A stretch of 64,000 nucleotides of DNA from Candidatus Yanofskybacteria bacterium (GCA_903897805.1 CAIUCV010000017.1:5725-69724); one strand, 5' to 3'; numbered from the stretch's first letter, positions 1 to 13,500 are shown. Notes: a model not told the origin generated them from the sequence alone. Program-made: numbers and translations.

Positions 1-14
1 GGAGCTGAAATTAG

Positions 15-2321
<2,307 letters not shown>

Positions 2322-2322
2322 T

Positions 2323-2351
2323 TTGACGGCTAAAAACGGTTCTGCTATACT
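2323..2351 (+). promoter_or_regulatory. Sigma70-like promoter (TTGACG, 17-nt spacer, TATACT) upstream of secE
   Basis: Hexamers read directly from the sequence with a 17-bp spacer. Confidence 0.55.
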
Positions 2352-2407
2352 GGGCTTAGAATTAAACAGGCCCCGGGAGGGGTCTTTAGATAGAGGCAGG
2401 AATTATT

Positions 2408-2593
2408 ATGGCCAAATTAACCGAATTTCTAAAAGACGTTAAAACCGAGTTGAGTCGTGTAAGCTGGCCGACCAAAAAACAGACCGCACAATATACGGTG
2501 GTGGTTATATTAATGAGCTTGGCCGTTGCCGCGTTTTTGACCGCGTGGGATTCCATTTTCGGCTTTATTCTTAATAAACTACTTCTCAAATAA
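2408..2593 (+). CDS. secE: Preprotein translocase subunit SecE
   Basis: 61-aa single-TM protein immediately upstream of nusG, in the conserved secE-nusG-rplK order. Confidence 0.85.
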   Translation: MAKLTEFLKDVKTELSRVSWPTKKQTAQYTVVVILMSLAVAAFLTAWDSIFGFILNKLLLK

Positions 2594-2599
2594 CGAAAC

Positions 2600-3145
2600 A
2601 TGCCTAAACAGGTTACAACCGGGGAAAAACGCTGGTATGCTATCCACACTTATTCCGGGTATGAGGATAATGTCGCGCGCAATTTAAAACAACGCATTGA
2701 ATCGCTAGGTTTTGAAGATCAGATTTTTAACGTCCTCGTGCCGAAAGAAAAAAAGATAAAAATCAAAGGCGGGAAGCGTGAGGTCATAGAAGAAAAGATC
2801 TACCCTGGTTATGTGCTGGTTGAAATGGTGGTAAATGACGCCTCGTGGTACATCGTCCGCAACACCCCCAACGTTACCGGTTTCATCGGCGCCGGAGTCA
2901 TCCCAACGCCCCTCTCGGGCGAAGAAATAGAAACACTGACGAAACAGATGGGAGTGGATGAACCAAAATACAAATTTGATATTATGGTCGGTGATAGCGT
3001 TAAAATAACCGACGGTCCGTTCAAGGATTTTGACGGTCGGGTGTCGGAGATTGATGAAGAACGTGGAAGAATTAAGGTGCTGGTTACAATGTTCGGCCGG
3101 GAAACACCGGTAGAGCTGGATTTTCTTCAAGTAAAGAAAATCTAG
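2600..3145 (+). CDS. nusG: Transcription termination/antitermination factor NusG
   Basis: NGN and KOW domain pattern ([11 protein letters not shown]...PGYVLVEM...[15 protein letters not shown]). Confidence 0.92.
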   Translation: MPKQVTTGEKRWYAIHTYSGYEDNVARNLKQRIESLGFEDQIFNVLVPKEKKIKIKGGKREVIEEKIYPGYVLVEMVVNDASWYIVRNTPNVTGFIGAGVIPTPLSGEEIETLTKQMGVDEPKYKFDIMVGDSVKITDGPFKDFDGRVSEIDEERGRIKVLVTMFGRETPVELDFLQVKKI

Positions 3146-3170
3146 AATTTCTAAACAAATCTCAACGATT

Positions 3171-3593
3171 ATGGCTAAGAAAATTAAAACAATAATTAAA
3201 CTCCAGCTGGAAGCGGGGAAAGCCACGCCGGCGCCGCCGGTTGGCACGGCCCTGGGTCCTCACGGATTGAACATCCAAGAGTTCGTTTTGAAGTTCAATG
3301 AAGCAACGAAAGAAAAAACTGGCGAGATAATCCCGGTTGAAATAACGGTTTTTGAAGACAGGACTTTCAGTTTTGTTTTGAAAACTCCGCCAGCAGCATT
3401 TTTGCTGCGCAAGGCGGCAGGTCTGGAAAAGGGTTCCGGTGAACCCAACAAAAACAAGGTTGGCGCCGTTACCAAAGAGCAGATCCGCCAGATCGCCGAG
3501 GTAAAAATGCCGGATTTAAATGCCAACGATATTGAGCAAGCAATGAAAATCATAGAAGGGACGGCTAGGAGTATGGGGATAGAGGTAAAATAA
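3171..3593 (+). CDS. rplK: 50S ribosomal protein L11
   Basis: Start reads MAKKI..IKLQ; PAPPVG.ALG motif characteristic of L11. Confidence 0.93.
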   Translation: MAKKIKTIIKLQLEAGKATPAPPVGTALGPHGLNIQEFVLKFNEATKEKTGEIIPVEITVFEDRTFSFVLKTPPAAFLLRKAAGLEKGSGEPNKNKVGAVTKEQIRQIAEVKMPDLNANDIEQAMKIIEGTARSMGIEVK

Positions 3594-3628
3594 GGCAGGT
3601 TGACTGGGGGTTGGAAATTTGCCAAGCT

Positions 3629-3656
3629 AAAACGGCTGATTAGCCGTTTTTTGGCT
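3629..3656 (+). terminator. Rho-independent terminator after rplK
   Basis: aacggct-gatt-agccgtt hairpin followed by a T-run. Confidence 0.6.
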
Positions 3657-3677
3657 CTTTAACAAGGAGGAGAGAAA

Positions 3678-4322
3678 ATGATTCCAAATCCATATAGCGG
3701 ACGTTTTATTGCTCTGGAAGGTATTGATGGTTGCGGTAAAAGTAAACAATTTGAACAATTAGTTAGGTGGCTAATACAGCGGAGAGCTACCGTTATTGGC
3801 ACAAAAGAGCCAGATAAAAAGGGTGTGTGGGGTTCGCAAATTTACAAAGATCTGGCCAATCCTAATGGCCTCAATCAAACTGATCCTTTCAGGTTTCAGA
3901 TGTGGTACGCCTGCGACAGCAAATTGAATCTTAGAGAAGTGGTAATCCCGCGGCTTCGCGCCGGATGCAATATTGTCACCGACAGATTCAGGCCGTCAAT
4001 GGTCTATGGCGCCCAAACGGTAAAAGAAATAGCCAAACTTATGCTAATGAGTCAGACGATTCTGGGCGAAGATTTTATCTGGCCGGATGCGACGCTAATT
4101 TTTGATGTTTCCGTGGAAACCGCAATACGAAGATCGAGAGAAAAAAATAGGGATTTGGACGAGCATGAAAGGGCGGAAGTTTTAACGAGGGTGCGCCTAA
4201 ATTATCTCTATTTTTCCAGCGCCTATCCTGGGTGCCATGTTATCAACGGAGAAAGATCGCCGGAGGAAGTTTTTGAAGAGGTTAAATTCGTCATAGCGCC
4301 CGTGCTTAAGCTGAAAATCTAA
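3678..4322 (+). CDS. tmk: Thymidylate (dTMP) kinase
   Basis: P-loop FIALEGIDGCGKS at the N-terminus; ~210 aa. Confidence 0.8.
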   Translation: MIPNPYSGRFIALEGIDGCGKSKQFEQLVRWLIQRRATVIGTKEPDKKGVWGSQIYKDLANPNGLNQTDPFRFQMWYACDSKLNLREVVIPRLRAGCNIVTDRFRPSMVYGAQTVKEIAKLMLMSQTILGEDFIWPDATLIFDVSVETAIRRSREKNRDLDEHERAEVLTRVRLNYLYFSSAYPGCHVINGERSPEEVFEEVKFVIAPVLKLKI

Positions 4323-4425
4323 TCCTCTACAGCCCCGCCAAGCGGGGTTTTTGTTTTGGGTATAGACGTCGGGATAGATTTTTGATAATCTCAGAAAACC
4401 GCTCTTTACCAAATAGGAGAATGAG

Positions 4426-5859
4426 ATGGCAGAAGTAACTGCTTTGGCCGGTTGGCCGCCCGAGGTGCTTGCATATGGTTTCGCAACATATTCACGCTCA
4501 CCGCTATCAATTCGAGAAAGTATCCTGAAGATTACGAGTGAGACGAGTAGCAAGTTTCTAGAAAATTATTACTTCCAGTTTGGCCATAAATCAATCGCCG
4601 ACAATGCCCAAACGCCCCTTGCCTATGAAAGCATCTCTGAAATTGCTGCTTATGAGCTTGAAAAAGAACAGCTCTGGAACGGCTGCGAACGCTCAACTAG
4701 ATTTCAAAACTTCGGCGAGAGCGGTTATTACATGCCCGCTTCAGTACAAGGGACGCCTCTTGAACCTATATATTCGCAAGGCGCTAATTTCTTACTTGAA
4801 CAATATAAATTCTTCTCGGCTCGTGGCTTTGAATGGCTTGTTAAAAACACGCCAAGGCCAGCGGACATGAAGCAGGATAATTACGAGCGCACGCTTAAAG
4901 CCCGGGCATTTGATGTCGCCCGTTATTGGCTTTTCAACGGCATGCTTACCAGTGTCGGCCAAATCACCAGCGCAAGAACGCTTGAAGGACAGATTTCCCG
5001 TCTGATGTCTTCAGAATATCTTGAGCTTCAAGAGTTGGGGCAAAAAATGAAAGAGGCCTGCATTGGAAAACCGTTTTGCCCGGAAGGAAGGGATGAGCCA
5101 CCAATCGCCCCTACGCTTGTGAAATATACAGCCCCAAATCCCTTTCAAATACATTTGAGAGATAATGTGCGCAGTGAGGCAAGGCGGCTCCTCTCGTGGG
5201 AACCCCAAGTAAAATCGGAGCGATATGTTAGGCTTGCTCCTTTCCTACGCCTGGAAGATGAAATTGTTTCAACCCTCCTTTATGAGGCCTCGCATCACCC
5301 GTATCATGAAATTATAAGTTTCGTGCATTCCATGGATAAAAAGGAGGAGGATAGAATAATTGGATTGGCGCTTTCGCATCGAGGAGATTACGATCCATTA
5401 CCAAACGTATTTGCCGCGGGTTATAAAATACAGTTTGACATTGCGATGGATCGCGGTGGGGAACGCGACCTACACAGGCACAGGAATTGCATTCAAATCC
5501 ACCAAGAACTTAGCACGGAGCGCGGCTGGGATGTCCCACCATTAGTTTCCGAAATGGGGCTTGCCGAAATTTACAATTCCGGCATGGCTCAAGCGGGTAA
5601 AACAGTCCGCGAACTAAGCCGAAAAGTCGGCGTAGACGCGAATTATCTTATTCCCTTCGGCTATCTCTCGGCAACGTTGTATAAAATGCATCTCGCCCAA
5701 GCGGCCTATCTAATTGAACTGCGTTCAAAGCCACAGGGCCACTTTTCGTACCGCGAGGTTGCCTGCCAGATGCATGACCAGTTAAAAGAACGGTTTCCGT
5801 TTTTAGATGGCTGTATCCGCGTAACGCCATTCAGCGACTCAAATCTGCTAGTACGATAA
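4426..5859 (+). CDS. ThyX-like (FAD-dependent thymidylate synthase family) protein, double length
   Basis: RHR...S signature (HRHRNCIQIHQELS) lies in the C-terminal half. Sits directly downstream of tmk. At 477 aa it is about twice a canonical ThyX. Confidence 0.4.
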   Translation: MAEVTALAGWPPEVLAYGFATYSRSPLSIRESILKITSETSSKFLENYYFQFGHKSIADNAQTPLAYESISEIAAYELEKEQLWNGCERSTRFQNFGESGYYMPASVQGTPLEPIYSQGANFLLEQYKFFSARGFEWLVKNTPRPADMKQDNYERTLKARAFDVARYWLFNGMLTSVGQITSARTLEGQISRLMSSEYLELQELGQKMKEACIGKPFCPEGRDEPPIAPTLVKYTAPNPFQIHLRDNVRSEARRLLSWEPQVKSERYVRLAPFLRLEDEIVSTLLYEASHHPYHEIISFVHSMDKKEEDRIIGLALSHRGDYDPLPNVFAAGYKIQFDIAMDRGGERDLHRHRNCIQIHQELSTERGWDVPPLVSEMGLAEIYNSGMAQAGKTVRELSRKVGVDANYLIPFGYLSATLYKMHLAQAAYLIELRSKPQGHFSYREVACQMHDQLKERFPFLDGCIRVTPFSDSNLLVR

Positions 5860-5912
5860 ACAAAGCCCCCAACGGGCTTTTTTAATTACGTGAATTATGA
5901 TAAATTTTTATT

Positions 5913-7424
5913 ATGAACTACGAACCGACCATCGGGCTGGAAATCCACGTTGAACTGAAAACGAAAACCAAGATGTTTTGTGATTGCCTCAACGATCCTG
6001 ACGAAAAACATCCCAATTTTAATGTATGCCCAACTTGCATGGGCCACCCCGGAACCTTACCCACAATCAACAAAGAAGCGGTAGAAAAACTGCTCAAGGT
6101 CGGCTTGGTTCTTAATTCTAAAGTCGCGGAATTCTCAAAATTTGACCGCAAGAACTATTTCTACCCCGACCTACCCAAGGGCTACCAGATTTCCCAATAT
6201 GACCTCCCCTTATGCGGGGGCGGGGAATTAGAAATAGAAGGGGGAGGGAAAATAAACTTAGAGCGGATACACCTTGAGGAAGACACCGGAAGATTGCTAC
6301 ACCCCGAAGGCGAGAAATATACATTGGTTGATTTTAATCGTGCCGGCATTCCACTGATGGAACTTGTTACCAGGCCCGATTTGAAATCGGGCAAAGAGAT
6401 AGAAAAATTCGCCAAAGAATTGCAACTGATTCTGCGTTATCTGGATGTATCTGATGCTGACATGGAAAAGGGGCAAATGAGAATAGAGGTCAATATATCT
6501 ATTAAAAAGAAGGGCGCAAAGGAGCTAGGAACAAAAGTTGAAATTAAAAACATCAATTCTGTAAAAGCGGCTTCGGCGGCTACCGATTTTGAAATCAAAA
6601 GACAGACGGAAAAACTTGAAAAAGGCGAAAAGATAATACAGGAAACGCGGGGATGGGACGAAAACAAGGATGCGACGTTCAGTCAAAGGACTAAAGAGGG
6701 TTCGGCTGACTACCGCTATTTCCCGGAACCTGACTTGCCGCCGATGAAATTTAGCAAAGACGAGGTAGAAGAACTCCGCCTGGGCCTTCCTGAACTACCC
6801 GCACAAAGAAAAGAAAGGTTTAAAAAACAATACGGACTTACCAACGCCCAGGTTGAAATTTTCACCATCGCCAAAAATTTCGGCGACTATTACGAAAGCG
6901 TAGCAAGCGAACTGGATGCGGCAAGCATGGTAACCCATTTACAAAAAGGATACAAAGACATTCCTCCGGCAGAGAAGCATCTGCCAGCCAAACTGCACGC
7001 CCTTGCGGCTAATTACATGATCACGGAGTTCCCGCCCCTCCTGAATATGCAGGGTATGGAAATTAACGAGCTTGAGGGTATAAAAATCACGCCGGAATCG
7101 TTCGCCGAGTTGATGGTCATGATTTTTCATGAGGAATTATCATCAACAAATGCAAAACTCGTCCTGAAAGAAATAGCTGAAACCGGCCTGCATCCGAGCC
7201 AAATCGTCAAAGAAAAAAATCTCGGGCAGACCTCGGACATTGAGGAAATTGGCAGGGCCGCGGACGAGATTGTCACTAAAAATCCGAAAGCGGTGGAAGA
7301 TTACAAAAAAGGCAAAGTTGAAACCATTAAGTTTTTAACCGGCCAAGTAATGGCTTTAACCCGCGGCAAGGCCAATCCACAGATCGTCAGCCAGTTACTC
7401 AAACAAAAATTGAGCGACTTTTAG
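5913..7424 (+). CDS. gatB: Asp-tRNA(Asn)/Glu-tRNA(Gln) amidotransferase subunit B
   Basis: N-terminus MNYEPTIGLEIHVEL..K.FC.C is characteristic GatB; length also fits. Confidence 0.9.
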   Translation: MNYEPTIGLEIHVELKTKTKMFCDCLNDPDEKHPNFNVCPTCMGHPGTLPTINKEAVEKLLKVGLVLNSKVAEFSKFDRKNYFYPDLPKGYQISQYDLPLCGGGELEIEGGGKINLERIHLEEDTGRLLHPEGEKYTLVDFNRAGIPLMELVTRPDLKSGKEIEKFAKELQLILRYLDVSDADMEKGQMRIEVNISIKKKGAKELGTKVEIKNINSVKAASAATDFEIKRQTEKLEKGEKIIQETRGWDENKDATFSQRTKEGSADYRYFPEPDLPPMKFSKDEVEELRLGLPELPAQRKERFKKQYGLTNAQVEIFTIAKNFGDYYESVASELDAASMVTHLQKGYKDIPPAEKHLPAKLHALAANYMITEFPPLLNMQGMEINELEGIKITPESFAELMVMIFHEELSSTNAKLVLKEIAETGLHPSQIVKEKNLGQTSDIEEIGRAADEIVTKNPKAVEDYKKGKVETIKFLTGQVMALTRGKANPQIVSQLLKQKLSDF

Positions 7425-8329
7425 GCTTTTAAAAAAGAAGTTACTAGTTTAAACGCCCTCTCTCTTCCACCGAAAATCCAATGAATATTTTTGTTCCTCT
7501 TGAACCAGGTCATTTGCCGTTTTGCGTAATGCCAAGTATTTTTGTTCATTAGCTCAACGGCTTCCGTCAAACTGATCTTACCCCTTAAATAATCGATAAT
7601 TTCCCGATAGCCGATGGCGTCAAAGGCCTTGCAATCGAGGCCATATTTTTTTACCATTTTTTTCACTTCTTCAACTAGCCCTTCTCTAATCATCTGCTTT
7701 GTCCGCTTCGCGATTTTTCTTTTCAACAGTTCCGACGGAAAGTTAATTCCGATTTCCAAGGCATTGTAAAGCGGCTTGCCGGTTTTTCTCTGTTCCGAAA
7801 ACTTTTTGCCGGAGGTCAGAGCTATTTCCAGCGCGCGGATAACACGGCGGGGATTCTTCGGGTCAACAATATAGGCGGCCTCCGGATCCAAGCCAACAAG
7901 CTTATTGAAAACAAAATCGAGCCCCTTTACGCTGATTTCTTTCTCCAATTGCACACGCAATTTTTTGTTTTCTTTCACCTTGGGAAACTCCAGATTTTTC
8001 ACCACGGCGTCAATGTAAAGCCCCGTTCCGCCTACGAGTATCGGAATCTTGCCCGATTTTATGATTTTATTTATTGCCCTGATTGCATCTTTCTTGTATT
8101 GTCCCGCTGCATAGTCCTGATTCGGGTTTTTGATACCAATCAAATAATGCTTAACGGCAGCTAATTCTTTTTTGCCCGGCTTCGCCGTGCCGATATCCAT
8201 CTCCCGATAAATCTGTCTCGAGTCGGCCGAAATGATTTCGCCGTTGAATTTTTTAGCGATTTTAACGGCCAAATCCGACTTCCCCGAAGCCGTCGGCCCG
8301 ACAATAACGATAATTTGGTCTTTATTCAT
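7421..8329 (-). CDS. miaA: tRNA dimethylallyltransferase
   Basis: IVIVGPTASGKS P-loop followed by ISADSRQIYREMDIGTAKP. Confidence 0.92.
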   Translation of the reverse strand: MNKDQIIVIVGPTASGKSDLAVKIAKKFNGEIISADSRQIYREMDIGTAKPGKKELAAVKHYLIGIKNPNQDYAAGQYKKDAIRAINKIIKSGKIPILVGGTGLYIDAVVKNLEFPKVKENKKLRVQLEKEISVKGLDFVFNKLVGLDPEAAYIVDPKNPRRVIRALEIALTSGKKFSEQRKTGKPLYNALEIGINFPSELLKRKIAKRTKQMIREGLVEEVKKMVKKYGLDCKAFDAIGYREIIDYLRGKISLTEAVELMNKNTWHYAKRQMTWFKRNKNIHWIFGGRERAFKLVTSFLKA

Positions 8330-8331
8330 AA

Positions 8332-8360
8332 ATAAAAAGCCTTTTTGAGCGGCTTTTTAT
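8332..8360. terminator. Bidirectional hairpin terminator between miaA and thrS
   Basis: aaaagcc ... ggctttt stem flanked by A-run and T-run. Confidence 0.45.
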
Positions 8361-8374
8361 TTCTACCTTAAAAA

Positions 8375-10165
8375 TTATTTTTTATCAATAACTTCCTCCC
8401 TGATTTTTACAATAAATTCTTCGGTCTTCATCTGGCCCAAATCTCCTTGCCCCCGCTTGCGGACGGCAATTGCTCCGGCATCAATTTCTTTTTTCCCGAT
8501 TACGGCGATATATGGAACTTTTTGCAATTCCGCTTCGCGGATTTTTTTGCCGATGGTTTCATTCTGATCGTAAAGCTCGAATCGGATATCCGCCTCTTTT
8601 AACTTATCGCAAAATTCAATGGCGTATTCCAGCTGGCTATCGGAAATCGGGGCCACAACAACCTGAACGGGGGAGAGCCATAGCGGAAAGGCGCCGGCAT
8701 AATGCTCCAGTAAAATCATCATAAACCGCTCCGGCGAGCCAATTATCGCTCTATGTAACATAACGGGGGTTTTTTCTTTACCGTCCTTGTCTACATAGGT
8801 CAGACCGAATCTCTGGGGCATGACAAAATCGATCTGAACGGTTGAGAGCTGCCACTCCCTACCAAGAGCATCGGTCGCCATTAAATCCATCTTTGGCGCG
8901 TAAAAAGCCGCCTCTCCCGGAGCATCAAAATAATCAATTTTATTTCTCTGCATAATTTTTTCCGCCCATTCCTCAACTTTATCCCAAACTTTCGGCTCGC
9001 CAAGATATTTTTCGGGATGTTTTTTATCTCTCGTGGAAAGACAATACCTATATTTTAATCCAAAAGTCGCCATAACTTCTTTTATCATCGCCAAGGCCGC
9101 GTCCATCTCTTTATCTACCTGGTCTTCGCGGCAAAATATATGGCAATCGTCCTGCGAGAAAGACCTGACTCTTGCCAGACCATTCAATTCTCCTGGCTTT
9201 TCGTCGCGGTAAAGCATCGCAAAATCAGTGTAGCGAATCGGCAGGTCACGATAACTTCTCATCTGGCTGGCATAAATCTGGGTATGCTGGGGACAATTCA
9301 TCGGTTTCAAATAAAACTCCTCCTCCGAATAGTTAGAAACAACGCGAAACATTCCGTCCTTATATTTATCGTAGTGGCCGGAAACTTTAAAAAGTTCGGC
9401 TTTAGCAATCTGCGGCGTCCAAACCTGCATATAACCGGCCTTTATCTGGAGCGATTCAATGTAGTCATTCAATGCCCTACGGATAAAAGCACCTTTTGGC
9501 GTATATAGAGGTAAGCCGCTGCCGATTAATTCAGAAAAAGTAAATAAGTCCAATTGCTTGCCCAATTTTCTGTGGTCTCTCTTTTGGGCCTCTTCAATCA
9601 TGTTCAGATGCTCATCCAGTTCTTTTTTGGTTTCAAAAGCCACACCGTAAATCCGCGTGAGCATCTTGTTATTTTCACTGCCACGCCAATAGGCGCCGGC
9701 GACTGAAGTAAGTTTAAAAGCTTCGGGATCAATATTTTTGGCATTTTTCACATGACCGCCCCGGCAAAGGTCAACAAAATCACCGGATTTATATAGGGTC
9801 AGTTCTTGGCCGGTATATTCTTGAATTAGTTCCAGTTTATATGGATTACCGGCAAAAAGTTTCTTGGCTTCTTTTTCGGTTATTTCTACTCTTTCAAATT
9901 CGTCCCAAGTTTTCAGTATTTCCCGCATCTTATTTTCAATTTTCGGCAGGTCCTCTTCGGATATCGGCTCGGGGAATTCAAAGTCGTAATAAAACCCGTT
10001 TTCTATAACGGGACCGATGGTCGGTTTTGTATCCGGCCACAATTCCAAAGCCGCCGCCGCCAAAAGGTGGGCAAGGGAATGCCTGATATTTTCTATTTTT
10101 TCTTTCGCCACAATGAAATAATACCAAAATAAGCCATTTTCAACACTATTGACTTTGCCTATCAA
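8375..10165 (-). CDS. thrS: Threonyl-tRNA synthetase (appears to lack the N-terminal TGS domain)
   Basis: HS.AH.L second-domain motif and class II core (HRDHRKLGKQLDLF); 596 aa. Confidence 0.92.
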   Translation of the reverse strand: MIGKVNSVENGLFWYYFIVAKEKIENIRHSLAHLLAAAALELWPDTKPTIGPVIENGFYYDFEFPEPISEEDLPKIENKMREILKTWDEFERVEITEKEAKKLFAGNPYKLELIQEYTGQELTLYKSGDFVDLCRGGHVKNAKNIDPEAFKLTSVAGAYWRGSENNKMLTRIYGVAFETKKELDEHLNMIEEAQKRDHRKLGKQLDLFTFSELIGSGLPLYTPKGAFIRRALNDYIESLQIKAGYMQVWTPQIAKAELFKVSGHYDKYKDGMFRVVSNYSEEEFYLKPMNCPQHTQIYASQMRSYRDLPIRYTDFAMLYRDEKPGELNGLARVRSFSQDDCHIFCREDQVDKEMDAALAMIKEVMATFGLKYRYCLSTRDKKHPEKYLGEPKVWDKVEEWAEKIMQRNKIDYFDAPGEAAFYAPKMDLMATDALGREWQLSTVQIDFVMPQRFGLTYVDKDGKEKTPVMLHRAIIGSPERFMMILLEHYAGAFPLWLSPVQVVVAPISDSQLEYAIEFCDKLKEADIRFELYDQNETIGKKIREAELQKVPYIAVIGKKEIDAGAIAVRKRGQGDLGQMKTEEFIVKIREEVIDKK

Positions 10166-10178
10166 ATTATGCTATAAT
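10149..10178 (+). promoter_or_regulatory. Strong sigma70-like promoter (TTGACT, 18-nt spacer, TATAAT)
   Basis: Hexamers read directly. Drives the transcript carrying the 81-aa ORF; overlaps the thrS 5' end on the other strand. Confidence 0.55.
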
Positions 10179-10235
10179 TAAGGTGTGGGTTGAGAACCTT
10201 CGGGAACTCAAATCCAGCCCACAAAGGCGGAACAT

Positions 10236-10481
10236 ATGGCAGAGCTCTCTAAAGAATCTGTCACCAAAATCCTGCGCTTTATCCTGCGGGAGAAGCTGCA
10301 AAATGCCACCAACCCAATACTTCAAAGCGTGTGCGAGATGGCCAAGCTGGTCTCGGGACACGTTGCGGAAACGGCTCAAAACCGCCTCGCTCTTCTGGAA
10401 ATGGCTGAGGAGGAACTTCTTCGTATCCTCAAAGACCAGAAGGAACGGGCCGAGATGACACTAAAAGATCTGAGGAGTTGA
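10236..10481 (+). CDS. Small hypothetical protein (81 aa), standalone unit with its own promoter and terminator
   Basis: ORF bounded by the promoter at 10149 and the terminator at 10550; predicted helical and charged. Confidence 0.35.
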   Translation: MAELSKESVTKILRFILREKLQNATNPILQSVCEMAKLVSGHVAETAQNRLALLEMAEEELLRILKDQKERAEMTLKDLRS

Positions 10482-10549
10482 GCCGGAGTAATTCAGGGCA
10501 CCTTAAGTGGGCCCACGAGAACAAGAATCCGGTTTCACTCCCAGATCGC

Positions 10550-10585
10550 CACGGCCGCGCAGAGTATCGCGCGGTCTTTTTTATT
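10550..10585 (+). terminator. Rho-independent terminator
   Basis: ccgcgc-agagtatc-gcgcgg hairpin followed by tctttttt. Confidence 0.6.
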
Positions 10586-10592
10586 TTTGATG

Positions 10593-13500
10593 TCAACCAA
10601 CCGTCGCTATCGCCCTGACATCATCACACATCAATTTCGGTATCCCATCACGGTCACTCAATTTGCCGCGGATAACAAGTACGTTGTTTTCTTTGAACGC
10701 TTCGGGATTAGCTTCTAAAATATTGGGGAATGCCACAACTTCAATTTTTGCGCTCGTATCTTCAACCCAGGAAAAAATCATCGGCTTGCCGGTTTTGGTG
10801 AGCACTTTTTGAATTTTGGTTACTATGCCGCCGATTTTGACTTGGATATTGCTCCTGTTAACTGGCAGATCTTTTATTTTCACCAGCCCTTTTTCAAAAT
10901 CTAGTTTCTGCTGATAATCCTTTAGCGGATGGTCGGAAATGAACAAGCCAAGCAATTCCTTTTCCCACATAAGCTTCTCGGCCCGCGTCGCCGAAACGGT
11001 TTCCGCTAAACGAAGTGGGGGAAGAGTAACGGCTGAATTTGGGCCACCAAACAAACTGATCTGCCCCGTTGTGCGGGCTTTTTGACTTTCCCGGGAATAA
11101 TAAAGAAGCTGTTCAATGTTGGCCAGCAGCGCGGCTCTTTCCCCGAAAACATCCAAGGCGCCGCATCTTACCAAACTCTCCAGCGATTTCTTGTTCAAAT
11201 CTTTGTTCTGAACCCTGGAAACAAAGTTTTCAACATCCTTGAACAACCCGCCGCTCTTGCGTTCATCAATAATCGCCTGAACAATATTTACACCGACATT
11301 CTTTATCGCCGCCAGTCCAAACCTGATCTTAGGCTTATCGGCAGAATTTATCACGGCGAAATTCTCCATACTTTCATTGATTTCAGGCGGAAGAACTCCT
11401 AGGCCCATTGATTGGCATTCCTCAATAAGGAAAGCAACGCGCTCTATTTCACTGGAGGCCGAATTCATAAGAGCCGCCATAAATTCCAGGGGGTAGTGGG
11501 CCTTAAGATACGCCGTCTGATAACTGATCATGGCATAGCATATGGCATGGCTTTTATTAAATCCGTAGCGGTCAAAAGGTTCAATTAACTGCCAAAATTT
11601 TTCGGCGACACTTTCGCTTACCCCGTTGTTTTTACAGCCCTGAATCAGTTTATCTTTTTGGTCGGCTAGCAGTTTCTTTATCTTTTTCCCAACCGCCTTT
11701 CGCAAAATATCGGCTTCGGACAAGGAAAACCCGGCAAGTGCCCGCGCCGCTGCCATTAATTGTTCCTGATAGATCATGACTCCATAAGTATTCGCCAGAA
11801 CCGGCTCCAGTTTCGGGTGTAGATATTCAATCCTCTTTTTCCCGTGCTTGCGGGCGATGAATTCGGGTATAAGTTCTATCGGCCCCGGGCGGTAAAGGGC
11901 GATCATCACGGCAATGTCTTCAAAAATCGTTGGTTTTAATTCTTTAAAATAACGGCGCATGCCCGAACCCTCAAGCTGGAATATCCCGGTCGTTCTGGCT
12001 TCGCGAAGCAGTTTAAATGTTTCCTTGTCGTCAAGTGGAATTTCGTCAATATTAATTTTGACGCCGTGATTTTGCTCAACAAGCCGCAAGGCATCGCCTA
12101 TTATCGTCAGGTTGGAAAGACCCAGAAAGTCCATTTTCAACAATCCTAAATCCTCAATCGCATGCATCTCGTATTGAGTTACGATATTATCCTCGCCGGT
12201 ATCTTTCTGAAGTGGCACATACTCGGTCAGCGGCTGAGGCGTTATCACAACGGCACAGGCGTGGGTTGAGGAATGCCTGGCCACACCTTCTAATCGCATC
12301 CCGGCGTCAATCACAGTTTTTGCATCATTATTAGTATTGTAAAGCTGGCGAAGCTCTTCAACGTCATCAAGGCACTTTTTGAGAAAACCCAGTTTTTCGT
12401 TTTGATTAGGATTGAATGGAATTAACTTGGCAATACGATCGCAGAAATCATAAGAAAATCCCAGCGCCCGTCCGGCATCGCGGATGCCGCCCCGGGCGGC
12501 CATTGTGCCAAATGTAATAACTTGGGCAAAATGGTCATTGCCGTATTTTTCCCTCACATAATCAAAGACTTCGTCGCGCCTCGCATCATCAAAATCCAAG
12601 TCAATATCGGGCATACTGATGCGTTCCGGATTCAAAAACCTCTCAAAAAGCAAATCGTACTTGAGCGGGTCTACGTTCGTAATGTTCAAAAGATAGGAAA
12701 CCAAGCTGCCTGCCGCCGAACCCCGCCCCGGACCTACGATAATGCCTTGGTTTTTGGCCCAATTGACGAGATCCTGAACAATCAGGAAATAGGAAGCAAA
12801 GCCGGTTTTTTTAATAACCCCCAACTCAAAGTCCAGTCGGGCAGCAATCGCGTCGCCGATGTTGGCACCATATCTTTTTGGCAACCCCTCATGGGCAAGT
12901 TTTTTTAGATAACCATCGGCATCATATCCAGCGGGCAGAGGAAATTCCGGCAATTTGGTTTTGCCGAGTTCAATTTCAACATTGCACCTCTCGGCAATTT
13001 TAACGGTATTTTCTATCGCTTCGGGAATGTCCTTGAAATTTTCAATCATCTTCTCCGGTGCGAGGAAAGAAAAATCATCGTTTCTTAAAGTGAGGCGGTC
13101 TTTGTCTTCCACTTGATTCCCTGTTTGAATGGCAAGCAGTACGTCATGGGCGCGGGCGTCCTCCGAGCGGGGATAGTGGGAATCCTGAGTGGCCACAAGA
13201 GGAATATCAAGTTCCTTGGAAAATTCCAGAAGCTTTTTATTTAAAATTGCTTGTTCTTCCAAATGTGGGTGGTGCTGGAGCTCTAAATAAAAATTGCCCT
13301 TGCCAAAAATGTTCTGATACTCAAGGGCAAGTTTTTTTGCCCTCTCGTCGTTATTGGAAAGAATGGCGCGGGAGATTTCCCCGCCCAAACAGCCGGACAA
13401 TCCGATAAGGCCCTCGGAGTGCTGTTTTAAAAGCTCCCTATCTATTCTTGGTTTATAATAAAACCCCTCCAGGTGAGCGGCTGTTACTAATTTTATGAGA

